A DNA stretch of 62,572 nucleotides, the filler included, from Squatina squatina (taxonomy: Eukaryota), in assembly GCA_031763465.1 (NCBI GenBank). It is 4 parts of 4 records of this genome, joined end to end, with 100 filler letters (N's around TTAATTAATTAA, not from the genome) between each part and the next. Parts side by side here need not be neighbours in the genome. Positions count along the whole stretch, not along the records: positions 1 to 22,691 come from JARFOE010000016.1; positions 22,792 to 35,181 come from JARFOE010000100.1; 2 more parts are not named here. One strand, written 5' to 3'. Below, one piece after another: positions 12,380-25,053 of the stretch. How positions within the stretch are numbered: the first letter of the stretch is position 1; the number at the start of each line of letters is the position of its first letter. Position numbers and translations under genes: made by a program. A model generated the notes under the pieces. That model saw only the letters and a list, made by a program, of their open reading frames with translations. It did not search any database and was not told where the DNA came from.

Positions 12380-12575
12380 AAGAATAGCAACATACAGCAC
12401 CGACGGAGGCCATGTGTCCCATCATGCCTGTGCCAGCTCTTTTATTAAAAAAAATTCTTCCTTTCTCCACTAGTTCTTTCACCAATTATCTTAAATCTAT
12501 GTCCTCTGGCTACCAACCCTTCTGCTGGTGGAAACAGTATCTCTTTATTTACTCTATCAAAACCCGTCAGCGCTC
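12380..12575 (-). mobile_element. CR1 LINE 3' end
   Basis: Minus strand encodes LFPPAEGLVARGHRFKIIGER...RKNFF (CR1 ORF2 C-terminus) followed by the tail. Confidence 0.7.
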
Positions 12576-12842
12576 CAGTAATTTCCCGATATGCGCAGGT
12601 AGTAGACAAGATTCTCCACCAACAGTGCAAACTGGGAAAATGCCTCTTATGTGTCAATAAACCTGAAATAAGTTTATCGGGAATGACTGTGAGATCCTTT
12701 TCATGCAATAGGGAAAGGAAACACAAAGAGTTAATGTATGTAGTGGCACGAAAATTGACTGAAACACAAAATAGAACAAACCTATATTATGCAGAACAAT
12801 GGATACCAGTTTGTTGAGTGCTTCTTTTAGATCTCTGACCCA

Positions 12843-13665
12843 AAATTTGCATTTATATAGCGCATTTAACATCGTAAAACATCCCAAGGTGCTTCACAGG
12901 AGTGTTATAAAATAAAATTTGACACAGAGCCACATAAGGAGATATTAGGGCAGACAGGTAGGTTTTAAGAAGTGTCTTAAATGAGGAAAGAGAGGTAGAG
13001 AGGCGAAAAGGGTTAGGGAGAGAATTCCAGATCTTAAGGCCTTGGCACCAGTGGTGGAGCTATTAAAATCAGGGATGCTCAAGAGGTCAGAATTAGAGGA
13101 GCGCAGATATCTCGGAGCGTTGTGGGGCTAGAGGAGATTACAGAGATAGGGAAGGGCGAGGCCATGGAAGGATTTGAAAACAAGGATGAGAATTTTAAAA
13201 TTGAGGCATTGCTTAACCTGGAGCCAATGTAGGTCAGCGTGCACAGGGGTGATGGGTGAGCAGGACTTGGTACGAGTTAGGATACGGGCAGCCGAATTTT
13301 GGATGAGCTCAATTTACGGCGGGTGCAAGGTGGGAGGCCAGCCAGGAAAGCATCAGAATAGGTGAGTCTAGAGGTAACAAAAGCATGGATATGGGTGTCG
13401 GTGGAAGAGCTGAGCCCGGGGTGGAGACGGATGATGTTACGGAGGTGGAAGAATGCAGTCTTGGTGATGGAGATGATATGAGGTCAGAAACTCACGTCAG
13501 AATCAAATAGGATATCAAGGTTGTGAACAGTCTGGTTCACCCTCAGACAGTAGCCAGGGAAAGGGATAGAGTCAGCAACTAGGAACAGAGTTTGTGGTGT
13601 GTGCTGACGACAATGGCTTCGGTCTTCCCAATATTTAATTGGAAGGAATTTCTGCTCATCCAATA
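12843..13665 (-). mobile_element. L2 LINE 3' region
   Basis: Tail TTGCATTTATATAGCGC...ACATCCCAAGGTGCTTCACAGG; colinear with the L2 copy at 52030-52848. Confidence 0.85.
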
Positions 13666-14627
13666 CAGTGACCTTAAAGAACAGACCAGATTATCAGCTA
13701 AACATCATAACCAGATTACCCATGAACAACGTCACAGAAGATCCGCTGGTGTAATCTAAACAAAGTTGAATAAGTTTAGTATTGTGCTGATATATTACTG
13801 TACACCTACAGTTCAGTGGCGAGTTGTACCAATTTTATGATTGTTTAATGAATCTAATGTACAATAATCATACAATAGTAATTTGATTTGCAAAATAATC
13901 ATTCAGGACAGCCCTGCCATTGGTGATTTTTAGTTTTCTTTGACTTTTGTCAGAACTCATTTAGCCGGGTGCAAATGAAACTTCAGGTAAATTATTTTCA
14001 CACTTACTGCAACAATGAAAGTCTTCTAGCAGTGCCCTTCATTTGCACTCTGCGATCGTGATCTTACAATTTCTACACTTTCTCTTAACTTTCAGCATGT
14101 GAATTGGTTTTTACTTAGGCAGCAGATTAAAGGAGTATTGCCTCTGTTTTATAGGGAGGAGAAGAACTTGAAGCTGTTTTCATTAGTGTGTCCTATGCAT
14201 GTCATGGTGGTACATGTTGCTAAACATGTTGAGAAACGAGATTGTAAAGTTATGTCAACAGTTCCAGTTAAAAAATAATTTCTTAAAAATCTTTTATTTG
14301 AGGGGGAGGAGGTAAATGTTATCATCCGCTAAGTGAACAGTCAATACTGTGGACTGGAACATTTTTTCTAGTTCCCTCCTTTCCCTCCATCTCAGAACAT
14401 TCCCAATGCACTAGAGTGAATTGTAATACAGCCATATTTACCGCCTCCCTGAATGAGATGGTGTTGTGCCAGTGGACACCATATCAGCAGCAGTTCCGTG
14501 CTGTGAGTATATCCCATTAGGAACTAGGTTGAGATTCTATCCTGCTCCAGCTCTGCTAGAGTGACTGATGTGGTAAACAAAAGCTTTTGGTTTATCTGTA
14601 CTAATGGCAGTTGCTCTTTCTGTGCAG

Positions 14628-14710
14628 TGCGAAGAACCCTGAAGAGCGGTCTGACCCCTGATGTGGTACAAGCCTTGGGTTTATCCAAAGCGCCAGAAGT
14701 AGAAGTATAA
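14628..14710 (+). CDS. FHOD1: FHOD1 terminal coding exon
   Basis: gtgcag|(L)RRTLKSGLTPDVVQALGLSKAPEVEV-TAA; the QALGLSK..EV ending matches FHOD1 rather than FHOD3. Confidence 0.93.
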
Positions 14711-17291
14711 GACAGCTTGAATACGAGTGAAGCTCAGTCACCCTCAATGATCTGAGACATCTACACTAACAGCATGGAAAAATGAAGAAAACATTTTCAT
14801 ATTCTTCCAGATTCATGACAAGTTCCAGAACTTTACAAGTACTTTTAATTGTTACAGTGGCCCTGACTCTTGTATTAGCATATTGTTGGGAGGAATCGCA
14901 TATTGAACGTAAATCATTTGAGCAGGGCTCACTAAATCTGACAGCCCAGTTCATTCTAGATAATGGATTCGGAGGGCAGATAGGAGTTCAGCCAAAACAA
15001 TCAAATGTCCCTTCTCCAGTCAGGCGGAATGATGGTGTTTTCTCTCAAAACTACGAGTGTTCAACTAAAAACTCATATCTATTTTCTTCCCTAACAAATG
15101 TTCTTCAGTCCTTTCTTGAAGGCAGTGACTCTTGCTGAAGTACAGTTCTGCGGGTGATGTTCACCCACCAGTACCTTTCCCAAGTGTGAACCTGGTCAGT
15201 GAGTGGCATCAAGTGGCATCATTAGAGCATGAATGGGCTTCACAGCTGAACTCGATCCAAGGTGCACATGNNNNNNNNNNNNNNNNNNNNNNNNNNNNNN
15301 NNNNNNNNNNNNNNNNNNNNNNNNNNNNNNNNNNNNNNNNNNNNNNNNNNNNNNNNNNNNNNNNNNNNNNGACCTCCCCGTGTGCTGTGACTCCCTCCAG
15401 TCATGGGAGTTATGGGAGAGCCTGGGTGCAGCCATGCACATTTGTGCTGTGCTTGTCAGTGTCTGTAGCACCTCAATGCTGCAGAATACTGACAGATGAA
15501 TTGTCATAAAAAGTTGGCCATGGTCCCTTTAAGGAAACCAGCAAATGATGCATCATCAGATGATGTCAGCACACCGACTTCCTGTTAATTGGCTTAGAAG
15601 TCCTCAGTGCGGGCTTACCAAACTCATTGATGGCAAGATTGCTTGGACAGGGCAGGCTGCAATCAGGAGGATGTTTCTCACACTCCACCAATGTCGCCTG
15701 CACTCAACACGCCTCCGGTGGTGAAATCGCGGCCATTGTGTGTAATCCATTTGTCGATCCTTTTAATAAAAGCATTAGCCATCTTAAATTAAAGGATTCA
15801 TTTAACAAAAACATAGGAATATTATATGAATGTGTTTTGCACCCATATGCTGATATTTTCACAGAAGATTTCCAACTGCCTTGGAGACTGAGTTGCTGTT
15901 GTTTCATCTCTGGAAATTGTCTTTGAATCTAGCCCAGTCTGTGAGACACTCTCCTCTCACTACACCAAATATAAATCTAGGAGATCTCAATGAACTTTTT
16001 TATTGGTACAGAGATGTGATCAGTATGAAGGAGGAATGAGCAGGGACTTAGTACCGTTAAAATGAAAGTCTGCAGTACGATCTGCAGGATGAACCTATTT
16101 CATAAAGTGATGAATGACATGAAGGCCAGAGGTTAAATTTCCTGATATCAGCACATTGATACGTTCATACAGACTTTGGGGCTACATGCCTATTTCATTG
16201 ATCAATGAATAAAGTTTGGAACAGTCATGCGATATGCTGCATTTGGTGAAAAGAGAAAACAAGGGTCTTCTAATGCTAAGCAGTAACACTTAGAGACATG
16301 GCCAATATTTCAATAACGAGGAAACATGACTCCTGTGGTAGAGCATCTATCCAACTATTGTATATCGCAGATAGGTTTTGGCCGATGTGTGTTACAGACA
16401 ACTGAAAACAAAACGATGGTCACTGCACTGAACAAGTAAGTCACGACGTGAAGTGCTTCTGGATATATTGATACAATAAAGTGACATCTAAATTATTAAT
16501 ATCACTTTAGGTTTGCAATGTTCACTCACTTACACATTCATTCAAAGATGTGAACTGGCTCAAGATCTTGTCCAGTCACTTCGAAAACTGCCCAGTTTAA
16601 AGCTCAGAAAATATACTTTAATGATCTGCCATAGTACTCATGTAAATTTTTACCTCAGTGGCTCAGTGATACTGTAAATGACATGAAATGTTGTAAAGAT
16701 ATTTTAAACTGACAGGGTGGAGAATGGATATGAATAATAATGATTACTACATTGCAATAAAAGAAGATAGAGTATATTCATTTGTTAGGCTACAATAAAA
16801 ATATATTCGGAGTTGTCTTTATGTAGCATATTAAAAATCTGTTGGCAGATATGCACAGACCAGCATACTTGTGTGTGATCCATATTATGGATACAAATTT
16901 GCACTGGGTGTCACATATATTTTTNNNNNNNNNNGCAACAGAATGAGTGGTGGGATACACTCGCTGTAGTCTGTCGCACAGGGGCAGTACTGGAGTTAAA
17001 ATTAAAACCACTAATTGACAGCTCATTGACAAATCAATATATTTGTTGCAGGGCAGTGCCTGTATAAAGCTCCAAAAACACCTTCCTTCAAATGGTTTGC
17101 AAGGTTGCTCAATTAAATAGATATGCAGAAATAAGCGATTATACAAAGTGTTAAAAATACATACCATTCTACTTTAAAAACAAGATAAGGTCAAAGGTCC
17201 TTTAGGATTGTGTGATGTATTTTCATAAACTTTATATTTTTATCCATGAGATTTTGTTTTTTTGAATGTTTGTATAAGGGTCGTTGCAACA

Positions 17292-17297
17292 ATTAAA
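17292..17297 (+). terminator. Probable distal FHOD1 polyadenylation signal
   Basis: ATTAAA with upstream TGTA and U-rich tracts and a strong downstream GU/U-rich element; other AATAAA hexamers occur at 16.2-16.8 kb. Confidence 0.5.
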
Positions 17298-17981
17298 TGT
17301 TTCACGTTTTGCTTGTGTTGCTTTGCTTTTTCTTTGTCGGTTCTGGTGGTTTATTTTGCCATCTCCTTCGTATGTCTTGAGTATAAGTATGTGAAACAGA
17401 GGGTTTTGATTAATTGAGAATTACACTTCTTCCATCGTCCAATACAAAGACACTGCAAGTCTTTGTCATATTCTCTGCTCTATTAGCTCCAAACACCATT
17501 CTCACACACAGAATAGGGCAAGTAGGCTGCTGCTAATAACACCAACAGGTACACAAGAGCAACTCTGGCTACTTCTTCCAGTAATGTTCCCTCGATTTCA
17601 GGTCTGGGAGTACCACATGTGCACTCCAAGCTGTTTCTTTACAGTTTGGTTAAGGCTGTGAACCATCGTGTGGAAAATCGTAACTACAAACCAAATCTCC
17701 TATCGCTCTGCTGTGCAGCTGATTAAACCCAAAACAGAATTTCTTCATAAAGGGAACTCTGGCACTCTAGCATGAACATTCAAAAGCCATACAATTAATT
17801 CACAAGGTAAATACAGATGAGGAAGGATGTTCAGCCCACGTTAACACATCTGTCTTAAAGAAAACTGCAGACTCTTCCCATTGAATCATCCAACTTACTC
17901 CTGGAATAACTCTAAGGTTTTCAGCCCCACCCCTGTTTGTAAGTCCATTCCATTCTGCCCAACATCAGCCCTAATTTGTTG

Positions 17982-18045
17982 GAGGTGCTGTATTGTCAAA
18001 AGTGCTGTATTTCAGATGAGACATTAAACCGAGGACTCATCTGCC
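17982..18045 (+). mobile_element. Deu-SINE central-domain fragment
   Basis: GGAGGTGCTGTATTGTC...TTTCAGATGAGACATTAAACCGAGG resembles the Deu/SacSINE1 body. Confidence 0.55.
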
Positions 18046-18223
18046 TTTATGGGAGAACATAAAAGGTGCTTGTTTGGAGATCAGAAAGTTTGCCCAGTGT
18101 CCTTACCGGCATTCATCATGGAANNNNNNNNNNNNNNNNNNNNNNNNNNNNNNNNNNNNNNNNNNNNNNNNNNNNNNNNNNNNNNNNNNNNNNNNNNNNN
18201 NNNNNNNNNNNNNNNNNNNNNNN

Positions 18224-18783
18224 AGAATGCCCATTCACTTGCGAACAAGGCCCTTGCCATCCATGATCTTATTGTGGATGACTGCATCAACATCATGGCT
18301 CTGATGGAAACTTGTTTGAAGAAGGATGACACCCTACCCTTAAATGAAGCCTCCCCGCCGCTATACATTTCACCGCTTGCCCCGCCCAGACCCTCTTCGT
18401 GATGGTGTGGCTCATCAGCAAATCACACCTTGGTCTGTCCCCCTGCTCCTCCGGCACTTTCTCCGCCTTTGAGCATCTCATTTTATTCCACTCCTCTCAC
18501 CTCTCAGTTAAAATTCTGGTTCTCTACCACCCACCCATGTACCATAAAAATTTTATTGCTGATATTTCTTTGCTACTATCCTCTCTGTGCACCAAACGCC
18601 TTCTCATCCTTGGTGATTTCAACCTCCCTCTGAATTCATCATGCTCTCTCTCCTGAGTTCACTAGCCTCCTATCCTCCCTTAATCTCTCCCTCCATGTAA
18701 ACTCCTCAATCCATATTCACGGACACCCCCTCGACCTTGCCATTTCTCAGTGCCTCACTACTCCTATCGTGTCAATCGCAGAT
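18224..18783 (+). mobile_element. L2 LINE endonuclease fragment
   Basis: NAHSLANKALAIHDLI...MALMETCL, LVLYHPP, LLILGDFN and GHPLDLA APE motifs, with frameshifts. Confidence 0.8.
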
Positions 18784-18883
18784 NNNNNNNNNNNNNNNNN
18801 NNNNNNNNNNNNNNNNNNNNNNNNNNNNNNNNNNNNNNNNNNNNNNNNNNNNNNNNNNNNNNNNNNNNNNNNNNNNNNNNNNN

Positions 18884-19078
18884 AAAAGTATGTGGAAGCT
18901 AACATTTCACAGAAGTCTCGCACAACTGTCAAGTACACAATGAAGACTTTAGCCAGCAGCTCAGAAACAATCATCTTCATGCTGTTGGGAATCTCCGCTG
19001 TGGACACCTCAAAGTGGACCTGGGACACAGGTTTAGTGCTCTTCACACTTCTCTTCATATTTGCCTTCAGGGCAATAG
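18884..19078 (+). CDS. SLC9A5: SLC9A5 (NHE5) exon, 5' end lost in gap
   Basis: [64 protein letters not shown](G); ends at AG|GCAAGT. Confidence 0.92.
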
Positions 19079-20101
19079 GCAAGTACACTTGTTTTCTCTC
19101 TTCCCTCCACCCCTGCTCTTTTAGGCCTCTCAGACAGTAGCTACCTGTCAATGCCACTGTAAACCAGTCGTGAGTAGATGTGTGACTGTGCCCTGGGTTC
19201 ATTTGCTCCATCATTTTACCCTCCCTCTTCCAGAGGGTCCACCTGAGATCAGAAGCACACAAGGCAGAGTAAATTTATATCCCACCAGTGAGTGGTCAGT
19301 ATGTTAGTAAACTACATACTGCACAGCAAGCTGTCTGGATCAGCCAGCCTAAGGAACTTAGTAATATAAGCTCAGGGAAATTAGAAGTCTTTCCGCATGT
19401 GATGCTTTCTTNNNNNNNNNNNNNNNNNNNNNNNNNNNNNNNNNNNNNNNNNNNNNNNNNNNNNNNNNNNNNNNNNNNNNNNNNNNNNNNNNNNNNNNNN
19501 NNNNNNNNNNNCCCCCCCCGCACCCCCACTATCAACCCCTCAGTGGTGTCCCAATTTTGGCATACCTAATAGCAAAACACTTCGCAGTAGAGATTAGAAT
19601 ATTGTAATTTTGAATTTACTGACACTGTGACAGCAGTACAACTTTACCATCTGTGATGAATCCTGGACACTCGTGCAATGGTAAATCCTCGCTAAATGTT
19701 GTCAGGACAGTCAATCACCTAAAGTGCTGCATTTAACTGGCATTAGTTGAGATCCGCAAACTGATTTTTTTCCATGTTCGCCTTTAATCCATGTGTTAAA
19801 CAGAGCCTTCTCTGTCACTATGGGAACACATTGTTAATCTAAGGCAACGTGAGCATATCATGTTTCTTTAATGTTACTTTATTTACATTTTGTTCATAAT
19901 GTGTCCACGTCGTTATCAGAATTATTTACAGATGAGACAGTTGCTCCTGAGCGTAGCAACTGTATCCTGCTTCTGGAGTCATTCTCTGTTTTTTGGTCAG
20001 TCGACTCATGTGGGATTCATTTTGATTTGTGGCCATTTATTCACCAGCAGCAAGCCCATGCTTAGAAATCTGACACCACTTTCTGCTTCTTATTTTCAAA
20101 G

Positions 20102-20172
20102 GCTTTTGACCACATTCTGGCAGCTGTGGAAGACATAGTAGGTCACCATGGTTACCATTATTGGAGAGACAA
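20102..20172 (+). CDS. SLC9A5: SLC9A5 exon
   Basis: tcaaag|...|gtgagt, 71 nt; AFDHILAAVEDIVGHHGYHYWRD(K), the NHE5-type sequence. Confidence 0.93.
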
Positions 20173-20779
20173 GTGAGTAACAAGCCAAACACTACATTTA
20201 CATGAAATCTATTCAGTGAACCCAAGTAAGGAAAGGCGGCTGTATGACAGCATTGGAATTATTTTTCTTATAAATTTGCAATAAATTATTCTTTTGTGGA
20301 AGTCTCCTGTAGACCAATAATGCAACAGAACTGCATTGCTTTTGGTTCACTATTTTCATTGCATCATCATTATTTCTCTGTTGAGTTGGATTTTTCATAT
20401 AATTATTTGTTTGCTGATGTTATCGATGTTGCGTGTGTAAAGATCTCGAATTCTTAACTTTTAAATTTATGAAACAAAAGTGTTCTTATTGTGGACTGTC
20501 ATGGTTCTGCAACTGAACGTCACATTTGCTGTTTGTGTAGCTAATCATTTAAGAAATACAGGGGGGGGTGCGAAAGTCCGTTGCGCCCTGGTTTGGGGCG
20601 GTAACATCCGGGAGGCAGAACATTTTGTGCCAGGTGCGTATGTCCCGCCCTGCTCAAAAAATTTGGGGCACCGCGCTCCNNNNNNNNNNNNNNNNNNNNN
20701 NNNNNNNNNNNNNNNNNNNNNNNNNNNNNNNNNNNNNNNNNNNNNNNNNNNNNNNNNNNNNNNNNNNNNNNNNNNNNNN

Positions 20780-20898
20780 TGGAGAGAAAGCAGGTACGGG
20801 GTACTGAGTTGCATGATCAGTCATGATCATATTGAATGGCGGTGCAGGCTCGAAGGACCGAATGGCCTACTCCTGCTCCTATTTTCTATGTTTCTATG
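20780..20898 (+). mobile_element. CR1 LINE 3' end
   Basis: GAATGGCGGTGCAGGCTCGAAGG.CCGAATGGCCTACTCCTGCTCCTATTTTCTATGTTTCTATG with an octamer-repeat tail. Confidence 0.8.
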
Positions 20899-21009
20899 AG
20901 TTCCCCTCTAAGTCTCCATATAGCAAAGCCATCAGTAAGTATCGCTGCAATTACTTGGCTCAAACATATTGTTTTTTTTTTATGACTGCCGTATCCATTT
21001 TTCTTGCAG

Positions 21010-21139
21010 GTGGGAGCATTTTGACAAGAAGTACCTGAGCCAGTTACTGATGCGCAAGTCGGCCTATAGGATCAAGGATGATATTTGGGATGTGTACCAC
21101 AAGCTCAATGTCCGTGATGCCATCAGCTTTGCTGACCAG
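21010..21139 (+). CDS. SLC9A5: SLC9A5 exon
   Basis: ttgcag|...|gtacag, 130 nt; WEHFDKKYLSQLLMRKSAYRIKDDIWDVYHKLNVRDAISFADQ; phase matches the previous exon. Confidence 0.93.
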
Positions 21140-21282
21140 GTACAGTTATCCATCGTTTTTTTAAATGTTATATTTCAACGGCCCCAATGAAGAAATACAA
21201 AATCTGTGCCAGGAATGGGTTAGCAGCTGGGGCAAAGCTAGCCCAGAGCGGTATTGGTGCAGGAACAGGTCATTTGAATAAC

Positions 21283-21490
21283 TACATAGAATTTACAGCA
21301 AAGAAACAGGCCATTCGGCCCAATTGATCTATGCCAGCGTTTATGCTCCGCATGAGCCTCCTCCCAATCTTGTTTTTTTCCCCCTCCTCATCTGTTCATC
21401 GAGCCTACCCTTAAATGCATCTATGCTATTTGCTTTGACTATTCCATGTGGTAGCAGGTTCCACATTCTAACTGCTCTCTGTGTAAAGAA
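21283..21490 (-). mobile_element. CR1 LINE 3' end
   Basis: CATAGAATTTACAGC..AGAAACAGGCCATTCGGCCC...TTCCACATTCTAAC is the reverse complement of a CR1 tail. Confidence 0.7.
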
Positions 21491-22420
21491 TAAGTAGCAG
21501 AAGCTTCTCGAACAGCTTCAGACTGCATGCTGGCAGTTAGCATTTGGAGCAGGTGGAAAATCTGGGGCGGTGTCTAAAATTAAAAGGGGCAACAGCCAGG
21601 TTCAATGGTCTTCAGGGTACATTGGTGCCATCTGCGATCCTCTGCCCTCTCAAGTNNNNNNNNNNNNNNNNNNNNNNNNNNNNNNNNNNNNNNNNNNNNN
21701 NNNNNNNNNNNNNNNNNNNNNNNNNNNNNNNNNNNNNNNNNNNNNNNNNNNNNNNCTGGAGATTCATGCATTAATGCTCAGAGCAACTAACCATCAACAG
21801 AGGGGAGAAAAATGGCTGCCACCATCCTTATCCCACTTCTGCCCTATTTTCCATCAAAGTGGCTTTATTAGACTTGCTTTCAGTGTGGCATTGTTTGCCT
21901 CATTGTAAAATGAAACTAAAAACAAAATGGAAAAACCATTGCAATAATGTTTATTGTGCCTTCTTGTTCTTTAAATGACTTGTTCTATTTGTAGCTTGCA
22001 GTATTACATTGATNNNNNNNNNNGAAGTAGAAAGCCAAATTTTTGAGTGTGCCCAAATTATTTAAAACTAATTTGGTAAATTACTTAGAAATACAGAAAT
22101 AGCTGCTTGGTTTAATTTCCATTTAACCCATTTTCTCATTCTCCTGCTTTTCTACCTCCTGCTTCCTCTGGGAGGCTGGCTGAACAGGTCACAGACTCCA
22201 CTATGATTGCTGATGTCTGCGGCTTGGCAGTGATCTATTACTACCCGTCATGGAGGTTGCTAGTGGAGTTCAGAACCCTCCAGAGCTGTGGCCCAGTTGA
22301 CTGCTATGACGTTACACCAATCTTCTGATGTTGTCAGATTTCTTTTTGACGGTGAATTAAAATAAAAGACATTGAATTTTATGATAGTGATATAACATGA
22401 TTTTTGTTCATACATCTCAG

Positions 22421-22547
22421 GAGGGAAAGCGGCAGTGCAGTGTGTCTAGACTTGCAAGTTATTGACACAGTGAGGAGCAGCAGAGATCGGGAAGACACAG
22501 TGATGCATCATGTCTTAAGAGAGAACCTATACAAGCCAAGGAGAAGG
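22421..22547 (+). CDS. SLC9A5: SLC9A5 exon (cytoplasmic tail)
   Basis: tctcag|...|gtaaga, 127 nt; RESGSAVCLDLQVIDTVRSSRDREDTVMHHVLRENLYKPRRR. Confidence 0.92.
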
Positions 22548-22691
22548 GTAAGATACTTTTCTCACCCATACAGAGATACTGAGAAATAGCAGTGGGACAC
22601 ATATCGTCCAATGCCTTGGTTATGAAATGTAGTGGTAATGACCCATATAGAACAGAAAGAGCTTAGGGTTTGATCCATGGTCTGATTTTAG

Positions 22692-22791
22692 NNNNNNNNN
22701 NNNNNNNNNNNNNNNNNNNNNNNNNNNNNNNNNNNTTAATTAATTAANNNNNNNNNNNNNNNNNNNNNNNNNNNNNNNNNNNNNNNNNNNN
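22692..22791. other. Artificial scaffold-concatenation spacer
   Basis: 44 N + TTAATTAATTAA (22736-22747) + 44 N; self-complementary, with stops in all six frames. Confidence 0.95.
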
Positions 22792-24984
22792 AAAATTGTT
22801 TCCTAATAAATTATGCTTTCCTTGCTGTGTACACTAAATATTGCCAGCCTGGTACATGCCAGTTATTTCACACAATGACAAAATCTTATGAAACATATTT
22901 TATTAAATGCACTGTCTTAAGTTGATTCAGTTGCAACATCAATGATAAAATGGGCTGAGGTATAAACATTGATCGAAAAAGGAGGAGTTGTATAACAAAT
23001 TGGCTCCTTTTTATAAGGAGTGTCTTGGTCCTAAAGAAAACTCTGTGTTTGTGTGTATTAAATTGTATTCTACCCTCCAGCTTTGTAAAATTCACCTGTA
23101 TTTGACAGTCTGAATCTCTCATTGTATTTCACTTCACTCCCAAGGAAGCCATCTTACAGGAGTATTGGGATCACAGGAGGTAGGACTAGTGGGAATTTTG
23201 GCAGGTAACAATCCCAACCATCTCACCTGCTTTTACTCCATGGTAGTGTGGTAGTTGCGTCTGCAAGTGGGCAGACACAACGACCATCCGTCCTGCCCCA
23301 CAGGAGAAACCTGGAATAGCGTTCCTGCCCTACCCCAACTGTGCCAGCTGTCTGCCACGATCCTCAAGGAGATTAAGGGCCGATATTTATTACTGGAAGT
23401 TTGTTCTGCTTAAATTTTGTGGGCCTGGAGGTTTGGAAAGTACTGTTGCTTCAGATCAAATTTAATTAGAACACCAAGATGTGTTCGTACAACATGTGAT
23501 ATATGGAAATTACACTTTATCTGTGGGCTGTGTGGGTTGGGGAGATACAACCAAGGGCCCTAAAGACAGAAACTTGTCTTAAGTCATTTAGATTTATAAT
23601 TTACATGGTCATATCTGCTTTCAGTTATGAATATTTCTGTTTGCATATCTCATTAAAATAAGCAGAACCCTAAAACTGACAGTGAAGAAAGGGTACATTT
23701 TCCAGAAGATGCTAATTTCAAACCTTTCATAATTACCCTTCATGTTATATTTCTGTGGATATTTTTTTATTAGCTCCAGTTAGTATTTCATAGGGATTTG
23801 TGATTTCATGCCGGATTCCTAAAATATGTCTAATTTTTTTTGTCTAGAAGTTAATTCAGTTTTCCAAGCCCAGTATCAGTGACTATGCTTTCACTATTCC
23901 ATTCAGCAAGGCCCCCTTTCTAGATGTTTGCCTGTGATATTTTGATGCATTCAAAAAGTACTGAATTCTCTGAAACCATCTGCTTGTTTTCGCCAAAGAT
24001 TAAATAAAAATTTTGCAGTAATCTGCAATACGAACCTGTGCAATTATTGATTAGAGCACGCTGAATGAGACAGTGCATACTTTCCTTACTCAAGTGTGAT
24101 ATCCTGCCTGTTTTTTGTTGTGTTGCATTGTTCTTTGAGCTGTTACTAGAAACTCACCAATAATATAACAAATCTCATTGGCATGAAATTGCACTGCAAA
24201 CATTAGTGTGCAAACTCTTAGGGCTAAAGATTGGCCCTGAAATTGCGATTTCCCTGGGTGGGACCGCACCCGGGGAGNNNNNNNNNNNNNNNNNNNNNNN
24301 NNNNNNNNNNNNNNNNNNNNNNNNNNNNNNNNNNNNNNNNNNNNNNNNNNNNNNNNNNNNNNNNNNNNNNNNNNNNNATCTCCAATGAAATTATTGATGG
24401 CTACATCACAGTCATGTTTGACCAATTTCTCAACACTCGAACAATTCATCTGGCTGCAGAATTTGTGATAAACTTGAGTTTCATGGATCATCTGTTGTCA
24501 TCATAGCTCTATATGTACCCATCAGAAGCACTTCATAATTCACTTGAATGTTGAGCTCCTCCACCACAGGGAGAAGGATTGACATAGATTGTCTTTACTA
24601 GATGGTAGCTTTTTGGAACCTGTAACACCCTGTGAACTGACAAGTGGGGCAGTCTTGGTCAGAAAATTGGCCCTTGTAGATATTAAAATTTCAGGGTTTT
24701 TAGGGTCAAACAGACATTATTGCAAATGGGCTTTTCTCCCAGTGATCCAGAATGAGTGCACTTTTCTATACTCAACCATTGCAGGGATGTGCAATTACAC
24801 CACTTACAGTTATCTGCTCCTTTAGTTTAATGTAGTTTTGCACCATATTATCAAATAGTCTTTGAAATGTCCCATATTTTGACCCAGACCAGACATTACC
24901 AGTGTAAAGCAACTAGCAAAACTGCTGACAAAATTTTGGGTATGACAGAAATTCACAATTTCTCCAGAACAACTTCAAAATAAT

Positions 24985-25053
24985 CTTTTTAGGCAGTCCC
25001 TCAGGGTCGAGGATGACTTACTTCCACTCCAATATTGTGGGCTCTGAAGTGAC
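24985..25053 (-). mobile_element. RTE LINE extreme 3' end
   Basis: Reverse complement matches 480-545 (GGAAG.AAGTCATCCTCG....GAGGGACTGCCTAA). Confidence 0.75.

Noticed and set aside
20780-21490. Inverted CR1 tails flanking SLC9A5 exon 21010-21139 as a circRNA driver
   Set aside because: Different subfamilies sharing only a short core (CCGAATGGCCT); too little complementarity.
22736-22747. Palindrome TTAATTAATTAA as a biological site
   Set aside because: Occurs three times exactly centred in 100-nt N spacers; it is an assembly linker.
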